A DNA stretch of 62,843 nucleotides, filler included, from Barthelona sp. PAP020 (lineage: Eukaryota): the NCBI GenBank assembly GCA_040182905.1. It is 4 parts of 4 records of this genome, joined end to end, with 100 filler letters (N's around TTAATTAATTAA, not from the genome) between each part and the next. Parts side by side here need not be neighbours in the genome. Positions count along the whole stretch, not along the records: positions 15,883 to 31,517 come from JARQWU010000277.1; positions 31,618 to 47,187 come from JARQWU010000278.1; 2 more parts are not named here. The stretch is one strand, 5' to 3'. The stretch's first letter is position 1. Each line of letters opens with the position of its first letter. Both the position numbers and the translations under genes were made by a program. Below, one piece after another: positions 29,196 to 40,356 of this stretch. Below the pieces are notes generated by a model. The model searched no databases, was not told the origin of the DNA, and saw nothing but the letters and a program-made list of their open reading frames with translations.

Positions 29196-31064
29196 ATGAC
29201 GCAGGTTTATCAAAATAAGAGTTTTAATTGTCAAAAGTTTGATTGGGCCATGAATATTCCATATGGTTGCCCATGTATTTTCACAAATGAATCAATTTTA
29301 TGTGACAATGTAATTTTTGATAAGAATGGAAGTCGATTGATTGATGAATTGAATGGAAAACAAATTCTAAACATATTCAAAAATGAAAATGAAATATACT
29401 ACAATTGTGTATCTTTTGATCCATCAAATATTGATACAATTTTTTGTACTAAAGATTTTATCAAGTTTAAATCTATTCCTAACAAGTTATTTGCATTACC
29501 AACACATAATGGCGTAAAATATCTCGTGAATTCAAATAATTTTTTGCAATTGTTGATAGATGATGAAAAGAAGTTGGATTTAAATTTACCTGCATTTGTA
29601 TTTTCGTTTAATCATTTTTTTTCCAATGATTTCACCATATTTAACATAAACAATACAATATTTAAGTTTAAAAATTATGATGAAATTGAAATTATTTCCA
29701 CAAAATTCAATACCATTTCAATTTTGGATGATTTTTTAATGTTTTGTAATCAACAACAAAAAGTTTATTCAATTAATAACACAGACATTGAATTTATTGA
29801 TAAAAAGGTCTTTCAAGTTATTCATCATTGTTATGATCGACAATATATAGCTTTGATGGCATTAGATCAGATAAAGATGTGTTTGATTGATTGTGAGAAG
29901 AATGAGTATAAAGAAATTGCGAAGTTTGATCTGATGGATTTGCCTGTTTCCTTTTGCAGCAATGCTGATAATTTGTTCATTGTTTGTCAGTCTAACAATG
30001 TTAAGAAGATACCCTTTATTTTGATTGATAAGATAAAGTGGAAAACTTGTGATTTTGTTAATAGTTTGAAAAGTGCAAACATTATTGAGAATTTTGAAGG
30101 ATGTCAAGCTTTTAAAGTCAAATATGCTGGTCAAATGTATGATTGCTGTATTCCCTTGAGTGATAAGCATTTTAAAATTGTTTCTAGTTTTTCTGATTCT
30201 TCAAACTTATGTGAAAATTTTAAAGTGGGGCAACCTCTTGTTTTTCAAAGGAATAATGGCGAAAAAATTACATATGTTGGTTCATTTTTACATCAAACTT
30301 CAGATATGACCATTGATTTGGCTGTATTTTGTGAAGGTATGTCATCAGTATTTGAAGTTGATTTATCCCTGTTTAAAGTGAATAAAATTGAAACATTTGT
30401 TTGTGAAACCCTCGAAAACATTAAAACATTTCAAAATCATAACGTTCTTAATTTTGAAGATTTTTGTATTGTCTCTATGGACTCGTTTCATGCAAATGAT
30501 AGATTGTTTTGTCGTGTTTTGACCTTAGACGATAGGGTTGACACTCCAAAATTTAGTGCAATAAAGGAAGGAAAATGGTGTGTTTTAAAGGATCAAAAAT
30601 ATCCAACAATTGCTAATGAAATGTATTGTTCCTTTTGTTTCTTTGATGAACCATTGCCAATTTCTTTTTATGATAAGCCTGATCACAAGAACATGTTAGG
30701 AGATGTTCATTATGGTTGGAGGATGCTTAAGTATCCTATAAAAGTCAATTCAACTGGAAAAATATTGATTTCAACAGATGTTAATTTTTTAACTGCATAT
30801 TCCGACATTATTTTTGAGACAAAGAACAATACGAGGAATATTGTGTGTTCAAATCCTTTTGATAAAATGATTGCACTTAAGATTGATTTGTTGATGGAAT
30901 TTTCAACTTTCATCTTTCATTCTGGCTGTTGTCTTGATGTGAAAGGTGTTGAAACCTTTGTTGACACAAAAGATGGGGATGCCTTGTCCATATGGGCTTA
31001 TGTTTGGTTTGATGAGGATGAAAATGTTGGTGCAGTAAGATTTGGACACAACTTAGCCAATTGA
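29196..31064 (+). CDS. Hypothetical protein, beta-rich
   Basis: 622-codon ORF flanked by AT-rich intergenic DNA; no family recognised. Confidence 0.7.
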   Translation: MTQVYQNKSFNCQKFDWAMNIPYGCPCIFTNESILCDNVIFDKNGSRLIDELNGKQILNIFKNENEIYYNCVSFDPSNIDTIFCTKDFIKFKSIPNKLFALPTHNGVKYLVNSNNFLQLLIDDEKKLDLNLPAFVFSFNHFFSNDFTIFNINNTIFKFKNYDEIEIISTKFNTISILDDFLMFCNQQQKVYSINNTDIEFIDKKVFQVIHHCYDRQYIALMALDQIKMCLIDCEKNEYKEIAKFDLMDLPVSFCSNADNLFIVCQSNNVKKIPFILIDKIKWKTCDFVNSLKSANIIENFEGCQAFKVKYAGQMYDCCIPLSDKHFKIVSSFSDSSNLCENFKVGQPLVFQRNNGEKITYVGSFLHQTSDMTIDLAVFCEGMSSVFEVDLSLFKVNKIETFVCETLENIKTFQNHNVLNFEDFCIVSMDSFHANDRLFCRVLTLDDRVDTPKFSAIKEGKWCVLKDQKYPTIANEMYCSFCFFDEPLPISFYDKPDHKNMLGDVHYGWRMLKYPIKVNSTGKILISTDVNFLTAYSDIIFETKNNTRNIVCSNPFDKMIALKIDLLMEFSTFIFHSGCCLDVKGVETFVDTKDGDALSIWAYVWFDEDENVGAVRFGHNLAN

Positions 31065-31279
31065 TTGATTTTGGTTTTGTGTCTGCAATAAATTCTGATT
31101 TTTTTTTGTTTTCTATTGTTCAAGCAGAAATGGTTGGTCTGCTTTGAATAAAAAGGATTCCTCTTTCCAAGCGTTTTCCACACTAATTTTGATTTTTTTT
31201 CATTTGCTTTTTTCATTAATTCCAATTTGGAAAATTTTGCTGAAAGAAAAAATTTAAAAAATTTACCTAAAAATTACCA

Positions 31280-31517
31280 TCACAAGAAATATTTAGTTCT
31301 AACCTTCGCATTTTCACCTTTATGCATCCATTCTATCTCACCGTTTGGGTCAAACAAACCCAATTGTATTTTTTGCAACTTCAAAGTAAACCTGGGTCCT
31401 AATTCTTGCATTCTAACCTTATTTTCATTTTCAAATATGTATCTGTATCGACGAATAAAAATGAAATCTCTTTGATTCCTGATCATTATTGCTTGTCTTT
31501 TCACCAACTCTTCGGTT
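31280..31517 (-). CDS. RPF1: Brix-domain ribosome production factor RPF1, 3' fragment (truncated by contig end)
   Basis: NQRDFIFIRRYRYIF...QELGPRFTLKL...EWMHK...RTKYFL matches the Rpf1 C-terminus. Confidence 0.85.
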
Positions 31518-31617
31518 NNNNNNNNNNNNNNNNNNNNNNNNNNNNNNNNNNNNNNNNNNNNTTAATTAATTAANNNNNNNNNNNNNNNNNNNNNNNNNNN
31601 NNNNNNNNNNNNNNNNN
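31518..31617. other. Artificial contig spacer
   Basis: N-run with TTAATTAATTAA. Confidence 0.98.
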
Positions 31618-32683
31618 CAAAATCTCTTTGATTCATGTAAACTCCAGCACTGACAAATTCTCGGATGATGACACTGTCTACCTTCATTGCAACAAGTGTT
31701 GATAAAAGATAGCCCTTATCCTTCACCAATTCAATCAACTCGGATTCGGACAAATGCTCAAATTTCAAATCAACAGGCTCCCCACTCTTCAAGTGTTGTT
31801 TTAAATTGGGACAGCTCAAAATACTGCATTTGTTCTTTTTCCATCGTTCATCACTTGTATACAATCTGTTGAAAAATAACAGCATATCTTTAGGATATAG
31901 GTTTATTTCGGGACAATCTAGAAGCATCTTGGCAACATCAAGATGATCTTTACAACAACTGGTATACAATGGAGAAAATCCACAGTCCCTACACAAATTA
32001 ACATCAGCACCATGATCCAAAAGCATTCTGGCAATATCAAGATGACCTTTTTGACAACTGATGTACAATGGAGAAACACCATTATTCTTACATAAATTAA
32101 CATCAGCACCATGATCCAAGAGCATTTTGGTAACATCAAGATGACCATTTTGACAACTGATGTACAATGGAGAAACACCGTCATTCATACTCAAATTAAC
32201 ATCAGCACCATGATCCAAAAGCATTTTGGTAACATCAAGATGACCATTATAACAACTGATGTACAATGCAGAAGCATTATCATTCTTACACAAATTAACA
32301 TCAGCTCCATGATCCAAGAGCATTTTGGCGACATCAAAATGACCATTATAACAACTAATGTACAATGGAGAAGTATTATCATACATACTCAAATGAACAT
32401 CAGCGCCAAAATCCAACAAAAACTCAACAATTTCTAATTGCCCATAAAAAGCAGCTCCCCAAAGCGACGTCCTTCCTTTCTTGCCCTGTTTGTTCACATC
32501 AACGCCAGCTTTGATACACTGCTTGATAAGCTCAAGGTTACCATCAACCACTGCAAAATAGATCTTCTTTGGAAGACCATTATCTTCAAATCCATCCACA
32601 TCAAACCCATCTGGAACAACAACTCGATCCATGTTATACTTAACATAAGGGTCAGTTTCCTCAACTGCAATGTTAACAATCAT
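31618..32683 (-). CDS. Ankyrin-repeat protein with N-cap motif and a C-terminal module shared with a WD40 protein (3'-truncated)
   Basis: Near-identical repeats SPLYISCxNGHLDVxKMLLDHGADVNL; first ATG at 32683; runs into the spacer. Confidence 0.88.
31990..32400 (-). repeat. Intragenic 99-nt tandem repeats encoding ankyrin units
   Basis: aaattaacatcagcaccatgatccaa recurs, with minor variation, at a 99-nt period. Confidence 0.9.
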
Positions 32684-32699
32684 TGTCGGCAAAAAAAAT

Positions 32700-33000
32700 C
32701 AAGAACCTCCAAATTTATCATTTTTCTTTGAATATTCAATATTTATCCCTCAAATCAGGCATTATTTTAATTTAGTTGTTGGCAAAATGAAATTCGATGA
32801 TAGATTGACTAGTTTGTGGAGAACTGTTCAAAATGTTAATTAATTCTTTGTTGAGATTTCCTTTTTCGAATTAATGCACTCAATTGAACTTTTTCTATTG
32901 ATTCAAACATTGTGAAAATGTCACACAATTGGGAAAGTTTGTCATAATGATGTTTGTTCGAGTATTTTAAACAAAAGACATTGTTTCAATTCATTTTTAC
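32700..33000 (-). pseudogene. Possible degraded LRR gene remnant
   Basis: Interrupted fragments ELINILNSSPQTSQSIIEFHFANN*IKIMPDL and MINLEVLDF. Confidence 0.25.
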
Positions 33001-33377
33001 AGATTTGTTGATGTAATGATGGTATTGACATATTTGCACTCACGAAATTTAAAAATTAAACTTGCAAGAGTGCGATATGTATTCATCAAATTTTCTCTTT
33101 CTCTTCCATTGAAGAAACTTTTTCACTTCTTCAATGAGCCTATTATGTTGTTAGTGTGATAACCTTCAATTTAATTAAATGAAGGTAACTTCATTTATTA
33201 TTGTTTTTTGTTCTTGTTGGTGAATTTCGGAAATACTCAGGGTGTGAGATCCAGACTGAAAGCACATTATGTGAATCCAGGTTGTGCCTTTGGAAAGAAT
33301 TCCTGACCCTTCCTTTTTGTATTTTTGCAAAAGCAAAATTTTAAAGTTTGAACTTTACCTAAGAAAATCTAAAGTCT

Positions 33378-33473
33378 TTCAACAAATCAATCGGGCCTCG
33401 AAAGCTTTTAACCAAATAAACACTATTCTTTTTTATTCACTCATACGCACAGTGCTTCTTGGCTTGGAAATAA
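33378..33473 (-). repeat. Dispersed repeat, copy B
   Basis: Reverse complement of 15687-15782 (93/96 identical). Confidence 0.9.
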
Positions 33474-34735
33474 CCAAATATTTTGGGTCAACCTCTTAAC
33501 ATTTGAACCTCGGTGAATTCCCATCTTTATTCCCTGACAACAAATTGAGTTTGTTAGTGTGCCGTAACATTTATTTTGTTTGGGTTGTTATCTCCCATTA
33601 AATCAAAGCTATGTCGATCTTAAAATCTACCCACACAATATCAATAAAAAATTGAGGGGACTGTTCCTTATTTCTGGTGATTGGTGAAAAAAAATAATAT
33701 TTGGTCCCATCAAATAAGTTTTCATTTGCGTTTATAGACGCCCTGGTTATCGCAACAGAGAGAGATAATCACATACTTAGACAAAGTTTCCAGTATTGGA
33801 AGTGATCAGTAAAAATCGTTTTGGCGGGAAAGTGAAAAGGATTTACATATGTTTTATTTTCTGCTCTACACAGCAAGCCCACATTCTAAGATTACGTATT
33901 TTTTTTTTTTTTAAAGAAGACTGCCCTTCGACATCAATTACGCTTAAGACAAATTCAATCACCCCAATAAAAATCCCAAGCTCTCAGAAACAAAGTCTAC
34001 AAACAAAAAAATTATATATGAAATAAAAGATTCAAGTTATTGTTTTTGAACATTAATATTGAAATTTCAGCCTCAAAGAGCTTTGGCCAAATAAAGGTTA
34101 ATTAATTTGGATTATTTGCTGGCAGAAACTATGGCTTAAAATTGTTGAATTTTCTATTCATTTGTTTTCACTTCGAACAAAACAGTTTAATTCATGAATA
34201 AAGCAATTTATTTTTTGGAAAATTTATACACACAGCAGGTATTCAATGGCTTTTCGCCAAAAATAAGTTGTTGATATTTTGGCTAAAGAATAAAACAATA
34301 AACTCAAGAAAAAATTTATATTGTTAAGAGGGAAAAACAATAAAACAATATTTGAACACAAGTTCTCAAAGCGAAAGCTAACAAATTCCCCAAAATAGAA
34401 ATCAGGAATTTCATTTGAAGAAAATTGGTTTACAAAGGGCTTCAAAGATAGGAAATCATCTTGAGATAAAAATTAATATCAACTACATAACACATGAAGA
34501 AAGAATTGGTTGATGTGTGTCACATTAGTTTTGTGACAAAAATGCTCATCGGATTCGGACTCAATGAACAAGGTAATAAAAAAATGGTTAGTTCTCATTT
34601 CAATCAGCATTTATTGGTGTTTTTTTTTTTAATATCTTAAAAATGAAATAAATATTAATTTGATAGACCCTTGAAAGTTGAGTCGTGATTGTTCCAATTT
34701 TTTTTTTTTGATAATTTAATAGTTATGTGAATGAT

Positions 34736-37387
34736 ATGAATGATATTTGTACATATTTAATTGTTTTTGTATTATTTTGGTCTTGTATTTATTGTACAAT
34801 GCTGGGATTTTATGAAATTGAGGATCAAACAAAATGTTTTAATAAGAAGGATATGAATTTTATACCTGATTATTTAGAATTATGTTTTATTCCGGATGAA
34901 TCACATATATTTCATGTTTCAAATCAAACTATGGTATTATCTTTGACTGATGATGATGAATATCGGTTAAGATTGAATTTTCATGGTAATTATAAAGAAT
35001 TCAACACTATTTGGTTGAATAAAGATGTTAATGGAACATTAAATAATGAACATTTCTATAGAATTAAGTTTCATCAATCCCAAGTAATTTTGTTTGAAAG
35101 TTCAAATTTCAGGTTTCACTTTGAAAAATTGTACAGTTATAGGTTCAAATTAAGTTACACCATATTTCTATCTAACGATTTTGACAGACTTGATTATGTT
35201 GAGCGCAATGTGACTTCTTTATTTCTTTTATCAAATACAAAGCTTTATTCAAAGATATTGATGAATAGTGCCGGAGGATATTCACCAAATTATGGGATGA
35301 TTCTGTCGAAGGTTTTTTGGCGAGATTTGAATGGAACAGTAACCTTCCTGAGTATTCCGAGCATTCCAAGCGGAAAGGGTCTTCAACTTCAGCACCAAAA
35401 TCAAAATGTAAATGAGGAGCAACAGATTCAAACCCAAACTGAGACTCAATCATCCATACAAACACAAAATGTAGGGGATAGTTTGAGTTGGTTGTTTGGG
35501 GACATTATTATTGATGATAAGCCCTACAAATTGGAATATTTATTGCTTCCCGACGAGTTTGACCTTATCAATGTGGATCCTGTTCTTAAGACCCAACTTT
35601 TAGATCTGGATGTATTGTATGTGCAAGAAAAAAATAATGTGCTGTTCAGTTTGTTCAACCCTTCGGAAGTGTCCAATTCTCGTTTAGTTATCAACAATAT
35701 GTACATTTGCTATCAAGATGATGAAGAAGAGATGTCTGAAGATATCACCAAAGTTTTATTCAATCCTTTGTTAAGACAAGGGGGATGTATAGCATTATTT
35801 CATGATGAGCAAAATATGAAGAGTTTTCAAATTATTTTTGAAGAGACATTTACACATTTGATCAAAGAGAAGAATGTACTTCAAACAGTGATTAATAGCA
35901 ATTTCACAATGTTTATAAAGGTGAAAATTCCTAAAGATTTGTTAAAAATCATTGAAACAACGAAGTTAGCGTTAATACATATTGAATATTCAATAGAAAC
36001 AAAAATTGAGGGTAAGACTAATTGGCAACGCTATCCTAAAGCGTTCCATCTCATTAAATCAATCAATCTATACAAATACACCAATAATTTTCTTGCTATG
36101 TTTTTAACTATTGTTTTCCTATTATTGGCTGGTGTTTTCTTATTATTTGCGTTATTCTATTTGAAGAAGAGATCAGACCAATTGAAATCATGGAAATCAC
36201 ACACTTATGAGTCAAGATTCAGAACATTCAGTCATCATTCTGATCGATCAGTCAGTTTAGATAATCTTTTAGAAGAAAATCCTAAAGAATCACCCTTTAA
36301 AACGAGAACTAATTCGTCTTCATTTTCTTATTCCAAGACAACAAATGATAACAAAACTTTTTTAAATGTTGAAACACTCCCAATTCACACTTTGAATCTT
36401 TTAAAGAGAATGAACAGACAATTAGAGGACGATAGCCCTGAAGATTTGCACTTTACATTTGAAGAAATCCAAATTCTCTATAATTTGATCATGGATGCCA
36501 CAGATAACATGTTATTACCTTTTATTTTGTTGGTTACACCTCAATTGATAAAAATGGATGATGCAAAGAATAGTAATTTTTCAAAGACAACAAACATTTC
36601 AAAAAATATTGTAAAACACATATTTTTAATGCTCTTGAATCCAACCCTTTATTCACTTTTTAACAAAGAAAACTTTTCCAGTGCAATAATAAACATTTAT
36701 GAAAAAATTAAATTGCCTGCTTTATTAGGTCAAGATTTTTCTTTTAATGAAGATGATGTCAAGTTTCTCCAAGCAATTTTGTTTCAATATGAACATTTGC
36801 ATTTCTTGACTTCTGAAGAACATGAGATTAAAAAAAAATTTTTTGAAAAAAAATATTTTTTGGAGAGTCATTATTTACCTTGTATTATTGATATAATAGT
36901 TAAATCTAAACTTCAACAATTATCTTTAAATGAAATATATAATGTTGACGAGGATAATATTCTTCGGGTAAACCTTATTTTAGATCAAATCTTTTTAAAC
37001 GATTTCAAAAGAGTTAGTTTTAATGGAATCAAGCTTTTATTGGATACTTTGGCAATTTTCAAAAAAATTCAACCGTTCTCTTTAAGTCAAATTTCCATCA
37101 TTCAAATTTTAAAGAAGTTATCTTTGTTGAAATCCAATCAAGAATTGGTGGAAGCTTTAGTTTTGTTACCACATTCTGTTAAAGATGTATTAATGGATAT
37201 GTATGGCGAATTTTCTGATTCTTCTAAATTATTTTTGACTATTGTCAACAATAATGACCTTTGGAAATTTAGATTTGAACATTTTTCAGTTCCTGTTTCT
37301 CCACAAATCATAAAACCTCCAACACAAAGTCAAGTGGATTCAGATTTTTTTGATTCAATTGATTCTCCGGATTGTCAAAGTTTTTAA
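34736..37387 (+). CDS. Orphan single-pass type I membrane protein
   Basis: Signal-like N-terminus, long ectodomain, TM FLAMFLTIVFLLLAGVFLLFALFYL followed by KKR, Ser-rich linker and helical cytoplasmic region. Confidence 0.7.
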   Translation: MNDICTYLIVFVLFWSCIYCTMLGFYEIEDQTKCFNKKDMNFIPDYLELCFIPDESHIFHVSNQTMVLSLTDDDEYRLRLNFHGNYKEFNTIWLNKDVNGTLNNEHFYRIKFHQSQVILFESSNFRFHFEKLYSYRFKLSYTIFLSNDFDRLDYVERNVTSLFLLSNTKLYSKILMNSAGGYSPNYGMILSKVFWRDLNGTVTFLSIPSIPSGKGLQLQHQNQNVNEEQQIQTQTETQSSIQTQNVGDSLSWLFGDIIIDDKPYKLEYLLLPDEFDLINVDPVLKTQLLDLDVLYVQEKNNVLFSLFNPSEVSNSRLVINNMYICYQDDEEEMSEDITKVLFNPLLRQGGCIALFHDEQNMKSFQIIFEETFTHLIKEKNVLQTVINSNFTMFIKVKIPKDLLKIIETTKLALIHIEYSIETKIEGKTNWQRYPKAFHLIKSINLYKYTNNFLAMFLTIVFLLLAGVFLLFALFYLKKRSDQLKSWKSHTYESRFRTFSHHSDRSVSLDNLLEENPKESPFKTRTNSSSFSYSKTTNDNKTFLNVETLPIHTLNLLKRMNRQLEDDSPEDLHFTFEEIQILYNLIMDATDNMLLPFILLVTPQLIKMDDAKNSNFSKTTNISKNIVKHIFLMLLNPTLYSLFNKENFSSAIINIYEKIKLPALLGQDFSFNEDDVKFLQAILFQYEHLHFLTSEEHEIKKKFFEKKYFLESHYLPCIIDIIVKSKLQQLSLNEIYNVDEDNILRVNLILDQIFLNDFKRVSFNGIKLLLDTLAIFKKIQPFSLSQISIIQILKKLSLLKSNQELVEALVLLPHSVKDVLMDMYGEFSDSSKLFLTIVNNNDLWKFRFEHFSVPVSPQIIKPPTQSQVDSDFFDSIDSPDCQSF

Positions 37388-37585
37388 TGAGTCTCTTTGT
37401 TGTAAATGGAAATTCTGAATGAATTTTTTTTTTTCTTTTCTTTGAGGTATTTATGTCCGATAAATTCATTGGTTTCGATAAAACAAAATTGCAAAAGAAA
37501 AAATAAATAATAGATCCCCGAAAAAGAACGTCTTTATCTAAATTTGTTAAATTGTGTCAACTAATATGTAAATTAACATAAAATA

Positions 37586-37861
37586 TTAGTTGCAAGGACG
37601 AACAAGGCAGTTGAAATGAGCACATCCACCAGTAGGAACACAAATTTCAGAACCGCATCCAGGACAAGTAATACGACTGGAAGAGTGAGAAAAAGCAACA
37701 GTACTAAACGTTAGACACATTTAAAATAATATAAAATACACCTTGTTGCAATGTTGACAACGGGCATCATAGAATTTGGAATTGGGAGCAGGAACCAAAC
37801 GTTTCATTTTGTGCATTTGTTTTTCAGCAGATTCGCAAGGATGAAGAAGATCGACGTTCAT
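37586..37861 (-). CDS. RPS27: 40S ribosomal protein S27 (eS27), two exons: 37740-37861 and 37586-37703
   Basis: Spliced product MNVDLLHP...HKMKRLVPAPNSKFYDARCQHCNKVTVAFSHSSSRITCPGCGSEICVPTGG (79 aa). Confidence 0.92.
37704..37739 (-). other. 36-nt spliceosomal intron in RPS27
   Basis: GTATTTT...TCTAACGTTTAG. Removing it eliminates the in-frame stop and joins the two halves of eS27. Confidence 0.9.
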
Positions 37862-38212
37862 TTTGGTAAAGACAAAAATTGTTGAGAAACAAACAAAAAT
37901 TTTTTCTTTCAATTTTATAAATTTTGTTTTTATTTTTTTTTCTGTTCAAACTCTTTTTGTTGACTTTAATAGTTTCAATTTAAGCTAGAAACAGTATTAG
38001 ATGAAGTTCATTTTTTTGCATAAAATTATTGAAGTGCGAATTTTGGAGATTGTTTGGCAAGAATTTTGCAAATAGCCCTTCAATAAAGTAAATATTGGGT
38101 TTATTGAAAACAAACAAAGAGAAAATCAAAAAAAAAATTGATTTAATTTTATTCGATGAAATTGATTGCAATGATGTGAAGAATAAATGTAATACACTTT
38201 ATTTGTACAAAA

Positions 38213-38452
38213 TCAATCAGTTTTTGTTTTTTTAGCTTTTTTCTTTCCACCAAAAGCGAGGAAAGACATTAAAAATAGAACAAAACAAGCTATTAACACT
38301 GAAGGAATGTAAATAGCATAGTCTTGAGGAAGGAAAAACTTATGAAATTGTTCAGGAACATAACCTGGTAATAACCACGCGGTATAATAACAAAATACAA
38401 TAAAACCAAATGTAAATAATCCTGAACCAACAACTTTCTCGTAAAATCCCAT
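38213..38452 (-). CDS. DPM2: Dolichol-phosphate mannose synthase regulatory subunit
   Basis: VVGSGL...FCYYTAWLLP...HKFFLPQDYAIYIP, two TM helices and a basic tail. Confidence 0.85.
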   Translation of the reverse strand: MGFYEKVVGSGLFTFGFIVFCYYTAWLLPGYVPEQFHKFFLPQDYAIYIPSVLIACFVLFLMSFLAFGGKKKAKKTKTD

Positions 38453-38536
38453 GTTTAAAGAACTATTGATGTAAACAGCGAAAAAAAAAACAAAGAAAAT
38501 TCTTATGACAATATTTATAGATAAAAAGAAATCCAA

Positions 38537-39973
38537 TCAAAAGTTATGGATGATAGAACTATCAACAAATACTTTTGATTCACCATTAATCAATTCTAAA
38601 AGGAATTGGCCTTTATTATCAATAACGATACAATCAGATGGATAGTAAATGTTACAAACCTTTTGTCCACTTTTATAGGGATGACTTGCTTTGGGTAAAT
38701 ATCTTTTTTGGGTGTTTCCATTTGATCCAACATTGGTAATAGCGATTAAAATACCTCCTTTAAAATAGGAATAAACTTGGTCATCAATCCAACCTGTTAC
38801 TGGAGGATATGTGAAATCTATTGGATATTTACCCCTCAAAAGATTCAATTTCTTTAAATTTTTGATTTGAGCAGTGTCCATCGAGAATTGACTTTCCCAC
38901 AATGCTTCCCTACACTTAGGGTCAGCTCCACCCTTGTATCCTTGTTCATCACCATAATAAAACACTGGAATTCCAATTGATGTGTACATGAATGTAATAG
39001 CGTTCAAGTGCCTATTTGTATCACCATGAGCGACATCATTGGCCAAGAATCTGGGGTTATCATGATTAGATATGATTGTGGCAAGACTGAAAGGGTCGGG
39101 ATAGTTCATGGAATTTTTGACACTTGTTTCCAGATCTCGTAAAGAATTTCCTTGTCCAAGGGTAGAACGGATGGAGAAAAACAATGGATAAGCAAAGACA
39201 GAATCAAGGTGGTTTTGATATGAACTGACATACCAATCTCTCCCGTTGAAGACCTCACCGATTTGGAAAACGTTTGCTTTTTCTCTGAACTCATCCCAAA
39301 AATCTGGATGTACTTCAGGGACAGTATCAATACGAATACCATCAAAATCAAAGGTGCTAACTAAATTTCCGATCCAATTGAGCATTGTTGAACGTACATA
39401 GGTGTTGTCCTGATTCAAATCAGGTAAATCAACCAAACGGCAGACTTCCACTTGTTTTTGATCTTCAAAGTCTGTGATCGTACAGTATTTATGGAAATGC
39501 TCCTCTTTATTGAAGGTCTTTTGACAACTATAGTCGAAAATATTTTGTGAATCACAAACACCAACATGATTTGCAATAACGTCAACCATTACCCAAATAT
39601 CTAATGAATGAGCTTGAATAATGAATTCTTTAAGCTCTTCAGCATCACCAAAATGTGGATTAAGACATTCGACATCATAACACTTGGGCCAATATCCATG
39701 AAATCCATTCTCTACATTGTCCATTGGTGGAGAAATCCAAATTGCATTGAAACCTAATTCTTTGATGTAGGGCAATTTTTCAATTGCAGCTTTATATGTT
39801 CCACCACAATAGGTATTATCATTAACATTACACTGTCCACAATTATCGCAATTAAATCTATCGGTGAGCAATTGATAAATTCTTCGATTCTGCCATTCGG
39901 ATTTTGTTTTTGAATATACATCCTGAAGTACAAATCCAAATATGATTATTTTTAAAATGATGGTAAAGTTCAT
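38537..39973 (-). CDS. Secreted alpha-amylase, GH13 (Taka-amylase/AmyA type)
   Basis: Signal peptide; WQNRRIYQLLTDRF, VDVIANH, DGIRIDTV, GEVF and SNHDNPRF. Confidence 0.92.
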   Translation of the reverse strand: MNFTIILKIIIFGFVLQDVYSKTKSEWQNRRIYQLLTDRFNCDNCGQCNVNDNTYCGGTYKAAIEKLPYIKELGFNAIWISPPMDNVENGFHGYWPKCYDVECLNPHFGDAEELKEFIIQAHSLDIWVMVDVIANHVGVCDSQNIFDYSCQKTFNKEEHFHKYCTITDFEDQKQVEVCRLVDLPDLNQDNTYVRSTMLNWIGNLVSTFDFDGIRIDTVPEVHPDFWDEFREKANVFQIGEVFNGRDWYVSSYQNHLDSVFAYPLFFSIRSTLGQGNSLRDLETSVKNSMNYPDPFSLATIISNHDNPRFLANDVAHGDTNRHLNAITFMYTSIGIPVFYYGDEQGYKGGADPKCREALWESQFSMDTAQIKNLKKLNLLRGKYPIDFTYPPVTGWIDDQVYSYFKGGILIAITNVGSNGNTQKRYLPKASHPYKSGQKVCNIYYPSDCIVIDNKGQFLLELINGESKVFVDSSIIHNF

Positions 39974-40356
39974 TTGAAAATAAAAAAATTATGTTTTTAT
40001 TTGACTTATTTTTTCAAAAATTTGGTTATACTTTGGTTTAAATAGAACTTGTTAACAAGAATTATATTCTTAAGTCCCTTCAACTTCAAATTTAAATATA
40101 TAATAAACTTTCACTTTCTCTCTTTAAATCAAGCATTTTTGGTTTATGTTGCCTCTCAAATCCAAAATTTATTCAAATTATATGAAAATTCCAACTATTT
40201 GAAGAGAACGGTTCCTTTTATGTTCTTAATATGAAATAATTGATCTAACAAGTTTATCATTTACTAATTTTGGCTTAAATGATCATTTGATTGAAAAGAA
40301 GAAAGGTAAAATCTCTTTCGATCCACAAAGTCAATTTTTTTTTTTTGCATTTGAAA

